DNA of 62,943 nucleotides, the filler included, from Lenisia limosa (lineage: Eukaryota > Protista > Breviatea): assembly GCA_001655205.1 (NCBI GenBank). It is 10 parts of 10 records of this genome, joined end to end, with 100 filler letters (N's around TTAATTAATTAA, not from the genome) between each part and the next. Parts side by side here need not be neighbours in the genome. Positions count along the whole stretch, not along the records: positions 16,433 to 29,113 come from LPNZ01009309.1; positions 29,214 to 31,853 come from LPNZ01008457.1; positions 31,954 to 35,610 come from LPNZ01003779.1; 7 more parts are not named here. One strand, 5' to 3'. The notes beneath the pieces are model-generated. The model saw nothing but the letters and a program-made list of their open reading frames with translations. It searched no databases and had not been told where the DNA came from. Every line of letters starts with the position of its first letter. Position 1 is the stretch's first letter. Shown piece after piece: positions 23,241-35,193 of this stretch. Both the position numbers and the translations under genes were made by a program.

Positions 23241-26200
23241 CTAAAACCCGACAAAGGTTCTGTAGCAGATATACACCACGTACACTCCGTAGGTGGCGAG
23301 AAGGAGGAAACCTGTGGAGTGAAGAGAGGAAATGTGGAAATGAGAAATCAATACACCATCACACTTATAAGAGAGATTGATTCTAGTATCTGGCCAAAGT
23401 CGTCCACACCATCACACTTATAAGAGAGATTGATTCTAGTATTTGGCCAAAGTCGTCCACACCATCACACTTATAAGAGAGATTGATTCTAGTATTTGGC
23501 CAAAGTCGTCCACACCATCACACATAACAGATTGGGATATAGGAGGTTTATAGGACGTGAGAAAGCCACGTATGTCAGTAAATGCCCCCACCCATTCCGC
23601 GACCAAGTCGCCAGCGGGTCAGTAGAAGCGAGAAAATCACAAACAGCAAAATACCGAACAGAATGGCAACTTCTTGAACCACGTTCTGAGGGGTGAGGGA
23701 AGTGTTGGGGATTTAAAGATGTCAGCGAAAATTGCCAAATTACTATTTACTATATCGATAAAACTATACATGATACTTGATGACGATGTATACATGTGCT
23801 TGTATTGATATGTACTATTGTTTCAAGAGCTGTTCAGAAAACCGAACCCAGGCCCGTATGCAAATGCCATCAATAACCCCCCCCCCCCNNNNNNNNNNNN
23901 NNNNNNNNNNNNNNNNNNNNNNNNNNNNNNNNNNNNNNNNNNNNNNNNNNNNNNNNNNNNNNNNNNNNNNNNNNNNNNNNNNNNNNNNNNNNNNNNNNNN
24001 NNNNNNNNGGAGAATGTCGAAGACGTTCGAGCCGAGGGCATTTGAAACGGCCATGTCACCAAGACCTTGGGGACGTTAAAAGGATGAGCAAGAGAAAAAC
24101 GAATAATAAAAAAAAAACACTGAAAAATAGGAAAGCATGAGGTTGAGAATGGGTGGGCAAAATTAAGTGATAACATTTCAAAGCTGGCACAAATAGTAAC
24201 ATAAAAAACATCTGCACAATTTGACACTATCCGCTCTACAGACCTTCTTTGGCAACAAGGATGGAGGACAGCGCATCCGGTACACTGGTACCTAAACAGT
24301 AAGTTGTGCGTATTGGAATAGAGAAGGTGTCAACCGTCAGCCTAAAGAGAAGGCTGTTTGCTGACGTTCGATATTGTCTTGTGACATCAGGATAGTATGT
24401 ATGATCCGAATTCCAAATATACATATCACATAGAATGAGAAATAAAAAACAAGGTTGTATCTGGCCGAAGCCGGATTATAGTATAATATTAATTCACCCA
24501 ATCATTTGCCTGACAACTCTGTGCACACAACTTTCTGCGTGCCGAGTCCACCAGCAGCCAAAACCGTGANNNNNNNNNNNNNNNNNNNNNNNNNNNNNNN
24601 NNNNNNNNNNNNNNNNNNNNNNNNNNNNNNNNNNNNNNNNNNNNNNNNNNNNNNNNNNNNNNNNNNNNNNNNNNNNNNNNNNNNNNNNNNNNNNNNNNNN
24701 NNNNNNNNNNNNNNNNNNNNNNNNNNNNNNNNNNNNNNNNNNGAATCGATGTCACGAAAGTGATCAGGTAGTATTTCTCGAATCTGGGGGGGGGGGGATA
24801 AAATTGGAAACACAATATAACCTAGAAAATTAAACATATTGAAATAAAACAGTGAGTAAAAGGTTGATAAGAGTAGTTGCATTTTTCTATCCTCCTCAAA
24901 TACAACCGCCCAGCCAGTTTCAAATAAATAATGAACGTTTCTTACCTGGGGTTGCGGCAGTCCACAATTGTGATTTTGAAGAGGAAGAAGAAAGGTGCGG
25001 TCATGAAGAAGATGAGCCAACCTGGGGGGTGGGGTAAGCAAAGATAATGGTGAAGGGAATAGCTGGCCAAAAGATATAAATCAAAACATAATACTAAATA
25101 CCATAACCTATCATATTGTGGGGTTCCTGCTAATACCATTTTGAACTTAACCTATCATTGTGGGGTTCCTGCTAATCAAGTCAAATAATAATAATAAAAA
25201 ACTGTTACTCAGATATTCACTGGAGATTAATTTGCCCTCGCTTTCACCTTTTCTCGATTATCCTTGAAAACAACGACATTTTCCACAATGTGGAGTCAAA
25301 TTGAAGAAGACCCCCCCCCCCCNNNNNNNNNNNNNNNNNNNNNNNNNNNNNNNNNNNNNNNNNNNNNNNNNNNNNNNNNNNNNNNNNNNNNNNNNNNNNN
25401 NNNNNNNNNNNNNNNNNNNNNNNNNNNNNNNNNNNNNNNNNNNNNNNNNTCCTGCTCCACCGTCTGTAAGAATGACCACCATGTTGGGGAAATAAATGAG
25501 AAATAAATAATAAGGTTATATCTGGCCAAAGCCGTCCACACTATCACGCTTATAAGAGATTTGGATCATAGTATAATATTATTAATTCACCCAATCATTT
25601 GCTTTACAACTCTGTGCACACGCGTGCCTCCCCAGTTATGTTGGGGAAATAGGAATGGAGATTGGATGTGTCAAAGCGGCAGAGGTATGACAAATAATAG
25701 GGCTCAACAAACGCAACGTAAAGACATCATGGCAGAAGAACACAAAAGATAGGATAGCAGTGGACATTTAGAAGTGACTACACCAACCTCCAGCGCCGGA
25801 AGGGGCTCGAGGGAAGCGGTGGCGGCAGTTTTTGGCTCCGCAGCGCGGGCAAACACTACGGTGGCGGCGGCGGCTCGGAGGGATGGGAACTGATGGCCCT
25901 GGTTGGTCAAAAATGCTGCTCATTCACCCCACCCCCAAAAAAAACAGAAGGAAAAGAAGAATAATTGAGATGAAAGTGACAAAAATAAAAATAGATCAAA
26001 ACCCAAAATTTCTATCGGGCAAAATGCTACTCCANNNNNNNNNNNNNNNNNNNNNNNNNNNNNNNNNNNNNNNNNNNNNNNNNNNNNNNNNNNNNNNNNN
26101 NNNNNNNNNNNNNNNNNNNNNNNNNNNNNNNTGGAGTCCGATGAGGCCATCGGAAGTTCGGCGAATGTTTCCGAGCCACGGTTGGAGCTGGACAGAGCAC

Positions 26201-28535
26201 CACTGGGTCCAGTGAGACTGGGTTGAAGCAATATTGAGGGAAGTATGAAGAAAGAGAGAGAGAGAGAAAAAGAGGTTTATCAAGGGCTTCACTTTGGTTC
26301 GAAAAATAACCGTAAAATATCGGTAGTTTTCGAGGATTTATCGTTTTTTTTTAACCGAAGTGACACCCTAGGTAAAATGATAGTACTCTGACCGCGGTAA
26401 GTCTTGATTGATATTATCAGAATGTTCACTCATCAGAAAAATCGGTCAATGTATAGCAATGAAAATGAAAAAATANNNNNNNNNNNNNNNNNNNNNNNNN
26501 NNNNNNNNNNNNNNNNNNNNNNNNNNNNNNNNNNNNNNNNNNNNNNNNNNNNNNNNNNGTATCTGCAGATTTCGCATTTTGCTAAATGATTAATTATGAG
26601 GACAGGGAGAGGAAGAGATGAAGATATATCCAGAGATCGTATTGGTCTCTGACTGAAGGAAAGTCCCCATATGATTATTCAAAAGCCCTTCATAAGATAA
26701 TTACTCAAGCCAATATAATATATATAGATATATTAAAAAAAAGATTGTATTTGGCAGAAGCTGTCCATCATGCTGAAAGAGAAAATTGATTATTGTATAA
26801 TATTTATAATTCACCCAATTACAACTCTGTGCACAGCATTCTGCGTACCTCCCCAGCATACAGTTATTCTCACCCAAAAATCTTAGCCCCCCAAGACTGA
26901 CCATTTCGGTAACGTCATCATTGTTGCCGCCAAGAAGGTTCATAAGCTTGGCGTTGAAACCCATCATCACCACGTACATGGCATAGCCAAATACCAGAAC
27001 CGTGCTCTCAACCCTGTGGGGTGGGGTGAATGGAAATGTGTCGAAAATTTAAATATAAGCTAAGCTGGCTAAATATAATTGCCCCTCAACGCACCATGTC
27101 ACTTCATTGTCGTCGAACACCCACATCAGAGCAATGATTGAGAGGGAGTAGAAGAAGGAGTCTCTCATCAATGGGCGCCAGTCCAGCTTCATAGTCGACA
27201 CTGAGAGTGCTCCGATCACACCGATGATCACCAGCACATTGAAGACAGCGCTAGAAGGGGGATGGAAAGAATGAAATAGTGGACTGGAAATTGTCATTTC
27301 AATCATCCCCGTCTTTAAAACTTGTCCTCTCAGGGTATGTAAACATAAAACTCCAAAATAACGCCACAAACAAGAGATATTAATAGAGCAGACTCCCCCA
27401 TCAACAGCCAATAACCCCCGTGCCGACCTTCCAACAATTGCGCCAATTCCAGTGTCGTTGCCCTGGCCGAAAACGGACACGAGTGAGGTGAACAGCTCCG
27501 GTGCAGATGAACTGGATCGGGTGAGACATTATCCCGGAGAGAAGGGTGGAAAACCAAATGTCTGAGGTAGACACTTTTTGTCAGTGCAAAACCAATTATC
27601 TTGAAAGGAATGGATGGGAATGAATAATACATTAAATAGACGGGACTGTAGAGGTATCAACATTCATCGGAGAAATTATCCGGGTTGCTCTCTACAAGGC
27701 TTACATTGTATATTACCTCATTACTTTTCCCATTTCAGTTAAATAAGTATTTGCTGCTGGTGATACTGATCAAAATTCGTACTGTGCAATGATGATAATT
27801 TGTAATGGTCAACTTGGGAACATCAAAACCTTGGAACATAAATACAGAGACCAGGATAAGTTGACCGATTTGCTTATAATTCCCAAGGAAAAACAAGAGT
27901 GGCCTTGAGACCCGTGCTAATGATACCAGTAAGTGAAAACAGTGGCCTTGAGACCCGTGCTAATGCTATCCGTAAGTGACAAACAGTGGCCTTGAGACCC
28001 GTAGGTAAAAACGAACCCCTTGATCCTTCAGAAGTCTTTTCAGAGCCTATCACATCCTCTCACCCAGCAGCCATGAACGTGGCTCCGGCAACATCATCGG
28101 ACAGACGAAGCTTCTCACTGATCTTCTCCAGGGAAGAAACAAAGTACTCATCGCTTACAACGGCGAGACCCACAAACTAAAAGGTTAAGTATCAGGGAAG
28201 AAGCCGCTACCAGTGCGGATCCTCCACTTTTAGGCTATATATGATCATATGGAGAGGAGGAGAGGGGTGGAAGGACACTGGAGACTATTGACCTGGCTTA
28301 CCATGAAGAATATGCCAAAAGAATATACCACGATTCCTCCATTTTGATCGAATTCGGAGTCACAGAGGCCTTCGTAGGACGTGCTTCCGGAGAAGAGCCT
28401 GCGTCCGGGGGTTGGTGATGCTAATGAGGTGGAACTGTGGAAAGACGCTAAGGAATACACCGTAATAGCTCCTAACGTAACCAGAAGACAGAAGGCCCGC
28501 AAATACAGAGGAGCATGTTTTCTAAGCCTTGTCAT
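23241..28535 (-). CDS. NCKX: K+-dependent Na+/Ca2+ exchanger (SLC24/NCKX family)
   Basis: Alpha-1 repeat [20 protein letters not shown]...GIGAIVGSAVFNVL and alpha-2 repeat [17 protein letters not shown]...[15 protein letters not shown], plus [15 protein letters not shown] at 28535, TAG at 23243-23241. Confidence 0.92.
23354..23524 (+). repeat. 53-bp tandem array (~3.2 copies) derived from family B, in the last NCKX intron
   Basis: Unit TGGCCAAAGTCGTCCACACCATCACACTTATAAGAGAGATTGATTCTAGTATT, near-identical copies. Confidence 0.9.
26282..26370 (-). mobile_element. hAT-type MITE, family A
   Basis: AGGGCTTCACTTTGGTTCGAAAA...AACCGAAGTGACACCCTA; TSD unclear. Confidence 0.75.
26386..26451. mobile_element. 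Degenerate family C MITE next to a family A copy
   Basis: TA|CTCTGACCGCGGTAAGTCTTGA...AAAATCGGTCAATG|TA resembles family C. Confidence 0.5.
27898..28002 (+). repeat. Tandem repeat, 43-44 bp x2.4, in an NCKX intron
   Basis: Unit AGTGGCCTTGAGACCCGTGCTAATG...GTAAGTGA(C)AAAC. Confidence 0.85.
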
Positions 28536-29213
28536 TTTTAATGCTTGTCTAAAATAAACTTATTATTAACAGAACCTCATGAAAATAGGAAGAAATGAGG
28601 AATTCCTTTCATTTTAAAAGCTCCGAGCCGAAACCTGTTTTTTTACTGGAACAAAACAAAAATAAAAATCGCCTCTGCCTTTCTCCCGCGCAAAGACAAC
28701 AACAGAAATAAACGTAACCTACGAGTAAAAAGGGAAGAAAAGTGGAAAGGGGAAAGTCTTGAATCAAAACAATAATAATGTTGAGTAGTCTCACGGGAAG
28801 GCTCCTTCCCGCCTTCAGGAGGAGCTGTGCCCCTTTATCTCGATGCATTACAACTAATTCACCGAATTGGGAAGGCTTAATTCACAATCCCAATGGAAAG
28901 GAGGTTGGTAGAGCACTAAACACACCTGCCATTATTGTCTTTCTGATATTTGCTTCCTTTCTGTATCCCCACTCGTAATATTAGATGGCTTGGTCCAAAT
29001 ATCACATTGTCAGGTTTTGTTTTAATATTCTAATATTTTTCCAAACAGCTTCCCTCGGTTTACCTCAAACAACCGACCTTACCCTTTGGTTGTGTGAGCT
29101 TGATTTTTGTTTGNNNNNNNNNNNNNNNNNNNNNNNNNNNNNNNNNNNNNNNNNNNNTTAATTAATTAANNNNNNNNNNNNNNNNNNNNNNNNNNNNNNN
29201 NNNNNNNNNNNNN

Positions 29214-29297
29214 TTATAGTTTTGTTTCTTCTCAAGCTTCATTATAGTTTTGTTTCTTCTCAAGCTTCATTATGGTTTTGTTTCTTCTCAAGCTTCA
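29214..29297 (+). repeat. Tandem repeat, 28 bp x3, at a scaffold start
   Basis: Unit TTATAGTTTTGTTTCTTCTCAAGCTTCA. Confidence 0.9.
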
Positions 29298-29345
29298 TAA
29301 TGTCACCATCAATTTTCCTATTTTACTCCCCCCCTCCCCCTTCAG

Positions 29346-29567
29346 GTGAAAGCAAGCCTTGATGTTGCCAAGACGCTCCTCTCAGTTTTCTTGGAGTTCT
29401 GGTGTTGTAACGACCTCAGCAAATCCCTATTAGAGGACGTGCTAAAAGCTGGAGGCAGTGTTGTTGAAGCCGCTTTTGGTAACATCATGGCCGAAGCAGT
29501 GACCGTTATCAGTGACGAAAATAGTAGGGTTCTTTCTGGGCCTCCTCCTAAAAGTTACTGTGACTGA
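29346..29567 (+). CDS. Terminal exon of an unidentified gene (upstream part lost at the linker)
   Basis: Acceptor CCCCTTCAG, then the open frame VKASLDVAKTLLSVFLEF...GPPPKSYCD ending in TGA. Confidence 0.4.
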   Translation: MKASLDVAKTLLSVFLEFWCCNDLSKSLLEDVLKAGGSVVEAAFGNIMAEAVTVISDENSRVLSGPPPKSYCD

Positions 29568-30743
29568 GAAAGGAATTTTGAAATTATTGAAGCTTTTATT
29601 TCAAATTTTGTTAAGTTTTTTCTTCAAACATCATTTTCATTATTTTGTTTTCACACATATGGTTTTCCATGGTCTTTGGACATTGGGGAAAACCTTTTAA
29701 TATTATCTCCACTTATTATTTGCATTGTTTTCCTCAATTTTATAGTGTCTAATTTCCAAAAAAAAATGTATCATATGAGGATCTGGAAAGTAAAAGAGTG
29801 ACTATCCAGAAAATGACCTTTTTTTGAACTCGCGAGGAACTTGGTTTGTGGGAGAGGGGGGGGGGTGGGATACAATTATCAACCTTCTTGTAACGTCTGC
29901 AAAGNNNNNNNNNNNNNNNNNNNNNNNNNNNNNNACTGGCGGGGTCAATGATCTGTTCTGATATGTCAAATAAAAATGACTCTGTTCTAGCCTCCATACT
30001 TTCAAGGAATTGAAAAAGAAATTTCTCATCAACATGATGAAAAACAGCACAAACACTTCACCAAAATAATTTAACTATCAGCCCTTGTGTGTTGTCAGNN
30101 NNNNNNNNNNNNNNNNNNNNNNNNNNNNNNNNNNNNNNNNNNNNNNNNNNNNNNNNNNNNNNNNTTCCGCCAATCATTGCCTTACTAGATGTGAGGAATG
30201 GGGGGTATCCACGGCCATTTTTTGTTTGATGAAACAAAGAAGAAGAAATACAGCAACTCTGTTGGCTTAACCTTTGCGAAACGGGAGCAGTGAAAGGGGG
30301 TAAGATGAGATAATCGAAGGGAGGGTAAGATGGTAAGGAGTGACAGGGGAGTAAAATTTATGGGGGGGAAAAAACCAACTCTGTTCGCTGAGGATTTCCG
30401 AACGCTCCAATTGTGCAAATAGCAGAGAGGAGGGTTGGAAGCAACAGAGAGAGTGGGTAAGATGTGATAATTGAATGGGGAATGTGTAGGGCTTCGCTTC
30501 GGTTCAAAAAAGACCGGTAAAATATCGATAGCTCTCGAATGTGGCGTCTTATTTTTTCTCTCACGAGTACTATAATGTATCTGCAAAGCCCCTCTCCTCC
30601 CTCCTCCCCCAACTAGGTTTTTTGTGTTTGCTTCTNNNNNNNNNNNNNNNNNNNNNNNNNNNNNNNNNNNNNNNNNNNNNNNNNNNNNNNNNNNNNNNNN
30701 NNNNNNNNNNNNNNNNNNNNNNNNNNNNNNNNNNNNNNNNNNN

Positions 30744-31843
30744 CTCCACGAGTTCATATGCGGCTTAGTAGCTAGCCACGTCAACTCCACCATCAACCAA
30801 GCTATTGGAAGTCGGCGTTCTACCCAACCTTTTTTCTGTTTTTTTTTGCTGCTATGATTGCTGCTTATTAGTTTCCTGAACCTCCCAATTTCCAACTAAT
30901 TCAACTCAGGTTTACGATTACCGCGCAATAAGCTCATCACGGTGATTCGCAGCAACATTCTCAAGGACGTGACGTTGTCAGAAACAATGTCCATTCAGGC
31001 GTCTTCGNNNNNNNNNNNNNNNNNNNNNNNNNNNNNNNNNNNNNNNNNNNNNNNNNNNNNNNNNNNNNNNNNNNNNNNNNNNNNNNNNNNNNNNNNNNNN
31101 NNNNNNNNNNNNNNNNNNNNNNNNNNNNNNNNNNNNNNNNNNNNNNNNNNNNNNNNNNNNNNNNNNNNNNNNNNNNNNNNNNNNNNNNNNNNNNNNNNNN
31201 NNNNNGCTGAGGAGGTGCTACCAGCCTTGTTAGATCGCTTGATCAATCCTTCTGTGGGGGGGAGGGGGAATTACATATAGTATATGGGTTTTTTTGGCTG
31301 ACCAAGAAAAGTTTTGACTAATTTACAATGAGATTACCCAAGGAAAATCGGTCAAGACTTATCCCGGTCACTGTATGTGTATGTTTTTATATACTATATC
31401 TAGATATGTATTATATAACTATTATACTATGTAATATAATTACAAATACTACAATGTATATTTGGGGCTTGACTTCGGTTCGAAAAATACCGGTAAAATA
31501 TCGATTGTTTTCGAGGATTTATGGAGAAATACAGTCTTGAACCGAAGTGAAGCCCTATGTATACTTGACGCCATTTTTAGTCGTACCCACGCTTTATACC
31601 CATTTGGTATCGTTCACAATACACCAGTTATTCTCGACAATCAAAATATATTTTAGCCTTATATTATATGGGGAATTTCATAAAATTCCAATTCCCACGT
31701 TTTAACAAGAATCCCAAGCTGTTACGCCCTAGTTTTATTGTGACGCTATTCTACCTCTAACGCCATTTCAGTCACACTCACGCAATACTCTGGGCGCCTT
31801 GCCTCGTACGGCCGCGCTACTGCTTTCAGAATATACACAATTA
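30744..31843 (+). CDS. Exon fragments of a hypothetical protein
   Basis: LRLPRNKLITVIRSNILKDV, AEEVLPALLDRLINPS|GTGGGG and later in-phase exons. The strand is inferred from splice signals, and opposite-strand readings are not fully excluded. Confidence 0.35.
31296..31373. mobile_element. Family C MITE, left end degenerate
   Basis: Right end CCAAGGAAAATCGGTCAAGACTTATCCCGGTCACTG|TA closely matches the copy at 38636-38709. Confidence 0.65.
31463..31557 (-). mobile_element. hAT-type MITE, family A
   Basis: Family A TIRs; 8-bp TSD TGTATATT/TGTATACT (7/8). Confidence 0.85.
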
Positions 31844-32179
31844 GTAGGGAGGGNNNNNNNNNNNNNNNNNNNNNNNNNNNNNNNNNNNNNNNNNNNNTTA
31901 ATTAATTAANNNNNNNNNNNNNNNNNNNNNNNNNNNNNNNNNNNNNNNNNNNNAAACAAACAAAGCCCAGGACAGTCGCTTCTGCAGCACCGCATCCCAT
32001 TACTCCGTAAAGATGGGGAGTCCTTTGGGTAGTGTTAACTCAGGGCTTCACAAAAAAGGGATTTCTTGATAAATCTTAGATGATATCGAAATTTTTACGG
32101 TCTTTTTCGGACCGTTGGGAATCTCAATACATCACACGAACGGAAAAGAAGTTTAGTGTCTTAAATACCCGCAAACGGA

Positions 32180-34750
32180 AAAGAAGTTTCATACTCCTTC
32201 TGGACAGTGGGGTTTCCCGCAGCCAAATCTCGGAATTGCAGAAGCATAACCTATCAGGTTATGCTAATATGAAGTATATTGTGAAGAAAGAAATGACATA
32301 GCTACGTATAGAGAGGATTATTAATACTAACCTGCCCATGTTCAGCTTGCTTCCCGGCAACTTTCATCTAAAATGTGAGGAAACTAATCATCCGCCCCTT
32401 TAAACAATTATACCTCCCCCATCTCAAAGGACGGACTCAGCATACCTGTTCATTGAAAACCTTGAATTTCGAAGGCTCCATGGACTTGATCAGGGGAAGA
32501 ATCTAGGCGGTTGTGAGTAGGGCATCCTTGTAGTCCGAAAAAGAATATCGATAGTTTTAGAGGTTGTACCGATAATTCCATCTTTTTTGGACCTTAAGGA
32601 AGCTGTAATTATAGCACATTATAAAGCAATTATTGCTCGGGCTTCCCTGCAGCCCAAATAAAAACGGCTCACGATTGACATTNNNNNNNNNNNNNNNNNN
32701 NNNNNNNNNNNNNNNNNNNNNNNNNNNNNNNNNNNNNNNNNNNNNNNNNNNNNNNNNNNNNNNNNNNNNNNNNNNNNNNNNNNNNNNNNNNNNNNNNNNN
32801 NNNTCCTCCTCGGCATCAACATGCCGGCTATACATTGCCTCAAGCTCCACCAAGGCGTCTTGGGCCGCCCGCAGCTCCCGCGTGAATGACTGGCCATTTG
32901 CACAGGTTTCCTTCAAGGATGATAGGCCTGAGGGGAAGGGGTGATTAAAGGGTGAATAGGTTTAGTATATGATAAAAATATATATAGTATACATAGAGAG
33001 AGTTTGAGGTGGAGAAAGGAATGGTTTTGTGTTTATGTGCCTCTCTCTCACATTTAGTGGCCGCCTGCAGTTTGTTGTCCAGTTCCTTGTGCTCTCTTTC
33101 GATGGTGGCAAGATCCTCATTGGCGTTGGGATGCGTGTCTTTGAGCTATAATGTGGAATTAGAGAAAGGTGTGTGTGTGTGTGTTTCAGTAGTAAAATAA
33201 TTTAAAAAAAAGGGGGGGGGGGGCNNNNNNNNNNNNNNNNNNNNNNNNNNNNNNNNNNNNNNNNNNNNNNNNNNNNNNNNNNNNNNNNNNNNNNNNNNNN
33301 NNNNNNNNNNNNNNNNNNNNNNNNNNNNNNNNNNNNNNNNNNNNNNNNNNNNNNNNNNNNGGAAGTCCAGGTTCCATTTGTGGATCATATCGAAGCCCTT
33401 GACAAGCTGAAAGGATAATGATTGTATGATTGCGCAATAGTAGAAGACTGGTTGATTTGATCAACAAATGAAGATTGTGTTATTAGAGGAATAGAAGAGG
33501 TGGTGTGAGTGTATGTGTATGTATGTGTATGTGTGTGTGTGTGTGTGTCTGTGTCTGTGTGTGTATGTATGTATGTGTGTCTGTCTGTGTGTGTGTGTGT
33601 GATTTAATAGAAGAAGACCCCCCCCCCCACATTAACAACATCCTCCGATTCCTGTGGCNNNNNNNNNNNNNNNNNNNNNNNNNNNNNNNNNNNNNNNNNN
33701 NNNNNNNNNNNNNNNNNNNNNNNNNNNNNNNNNNNNNNNNNNNNNNNNNNNNNTAACTTTAATGAGGTAGCGGAGATCTCTCAGTTGAAGCCTGGATTGT
33801 GAGACACATATGTTTTATCTGGATTGGAGTGAAGCCCTAGAAACAGTGAATAATATTATTGACTCCACATATCACTACATGCATTGACCTGGACTCTTAT
33901 GAAAAAGTTGTGATTTAATCAGATGGAAAAGAACGTTAGGGATCCCGAAAGTCAGACAAAAGTTAATCTATGGCCTGTTTGAGACCAATTCTTAAATTGG
34001 ATGAATATCATAAACTCCTTCTAAATACACAACTGAATTTGACAGAAATGCTAAATACACAATTGAAATAGGAAAATTGAATATATTCCACAACAAATTT
34101 GACCAGGTGCAAAACTCCTGCTAGTCTCAGTCGGAAAAAAATCAGCCAAGACTTCTATCATGCTATGATATAAGTGAACTAATTACATTAATCCAATATC
34201 TCTTATAAGCGTGATGGTGAACGGCTTCGGCCAGATACAACCTTGCTTATTTCTCCTCTCTACATATCATGGTCACATGTTTTCCCAAGGATGTCTTCTT
34301 ACTTTAGTAGTCTTCTTACTTTAGTATACAACCGCGAAAGTCATCAAACGGATATTGAGCTTTATTTTCAGTCAATGAGTCACGTTTTATCGCAGTCACA
34401 GTATATACTCTCCAAGGTGATAGATCACACTTGGGGTTTAGATAAAGAGATGGGAAAAAAACAAATATTATTCATTCTTGTCCCCTCACATATGTTGCCA
34501 CCTCCAGTGCGGAATGGTTCTTCCGAGCGCCTCCTTTTCTGTCATAGTCGCTTCGTCGAGTCGAAGAACGATGTATCCTCCAAGTACAGCTGAGGCCAGG
34601 ATCAAGAGTGAAGCCAAATATAGGTTGTAGCTGCTTGCGGGCATTCGATCTGAAACCGTCCCTGTTGTTCTTATAGTGTAATTTAATACACGAATAAGGC
34701 TCAGAAGCTTTTGGAGAGTAAAACTTGTAAACCTGATGTAAGGGTATCAA
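32180..34750 (-). CDS. Multi-exon hypothetical protein, partly coiled-coil
   Basis: GT-AG exons LVKGFDMIHKWNLDF, EDLATIEREHKELDNKLQAA, FTRELRAAQDALVELEAMY, ILPLIKSMEPSKFKVFNEQ and VMLLQFRDLAAGNPTVQKEY; no family recognised, ends uncertain. Confidence 0.4.
33503..33600 (+). repeat. (GT)n/(GTAT)n microsatellite
   Basis: About 100 bp of GT, GTAT and GTCT units. Confidence 0.9.
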
Positions 34751-34969
34751 AAAATTCCGTCTCTATATAAGGCAACTTAGGGTGTACAGATTTAAGGAAA
34801 CAGCTTTGCCAATTTGGCTAAATCTCTACTATATTTTAAGTTAAATTTATATGAGGATCTGTTTTAGCTTAAACGACAGGTTATTAGTAACATAGGTTGA
34901 ATCCCTTCTCCATCCAGGGGAGGCCCACCTCCTTAAATCTTCAAGGTTATATTCAATTGCCCATAAAAA

Positions 34970-35193
34970 ATGTCTCTTGATGGGACAAAGGGGGCGGCTG
35001 GGAGGTCAGGGATTGAGGAGGTGAGGTCGCTTTTCGTTTTCAAGGTGCTTACTCCTGCAGGGTATCTTCTCAGTCTTGTTTTTGATGACAAAAGACCAAG
35101 GCGTAGGCAATCAGCTGCTTCATGTTGTCTTCCTTATTGACTTCATTCAATGGCTCGGCTTTGCCTTCGATCCCGCGATTCCATGGGGGCTTG
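34970..35193 (+). CDS. N-terminal exons of a TmcB/TmcC-like (PAS-associated multi-TM) protein
   Basis: MSLDGTKGAAGRSGIEE|GIFSVLFLMTK...LLHVVFLIDFIQWLGFAFDPAIPWG resembles, from memory, the N-terminal TM region of protist TmcB-type proteins; the rest is lost at the linker. Confidence 0.45.

Noticed and set aside
23354-23524. CRISPR-like array
   Set aside because: Units are head-to-tail with no unique spacers, lie in a spliceosomal intron and derive from dispersed family B.
29870-30010. Cullin-like reading (HFYLTYQNRSLT)
   Set aside because: Resemblance is short and weak, other frames are equally open, and no other cullin motifs are nearby.
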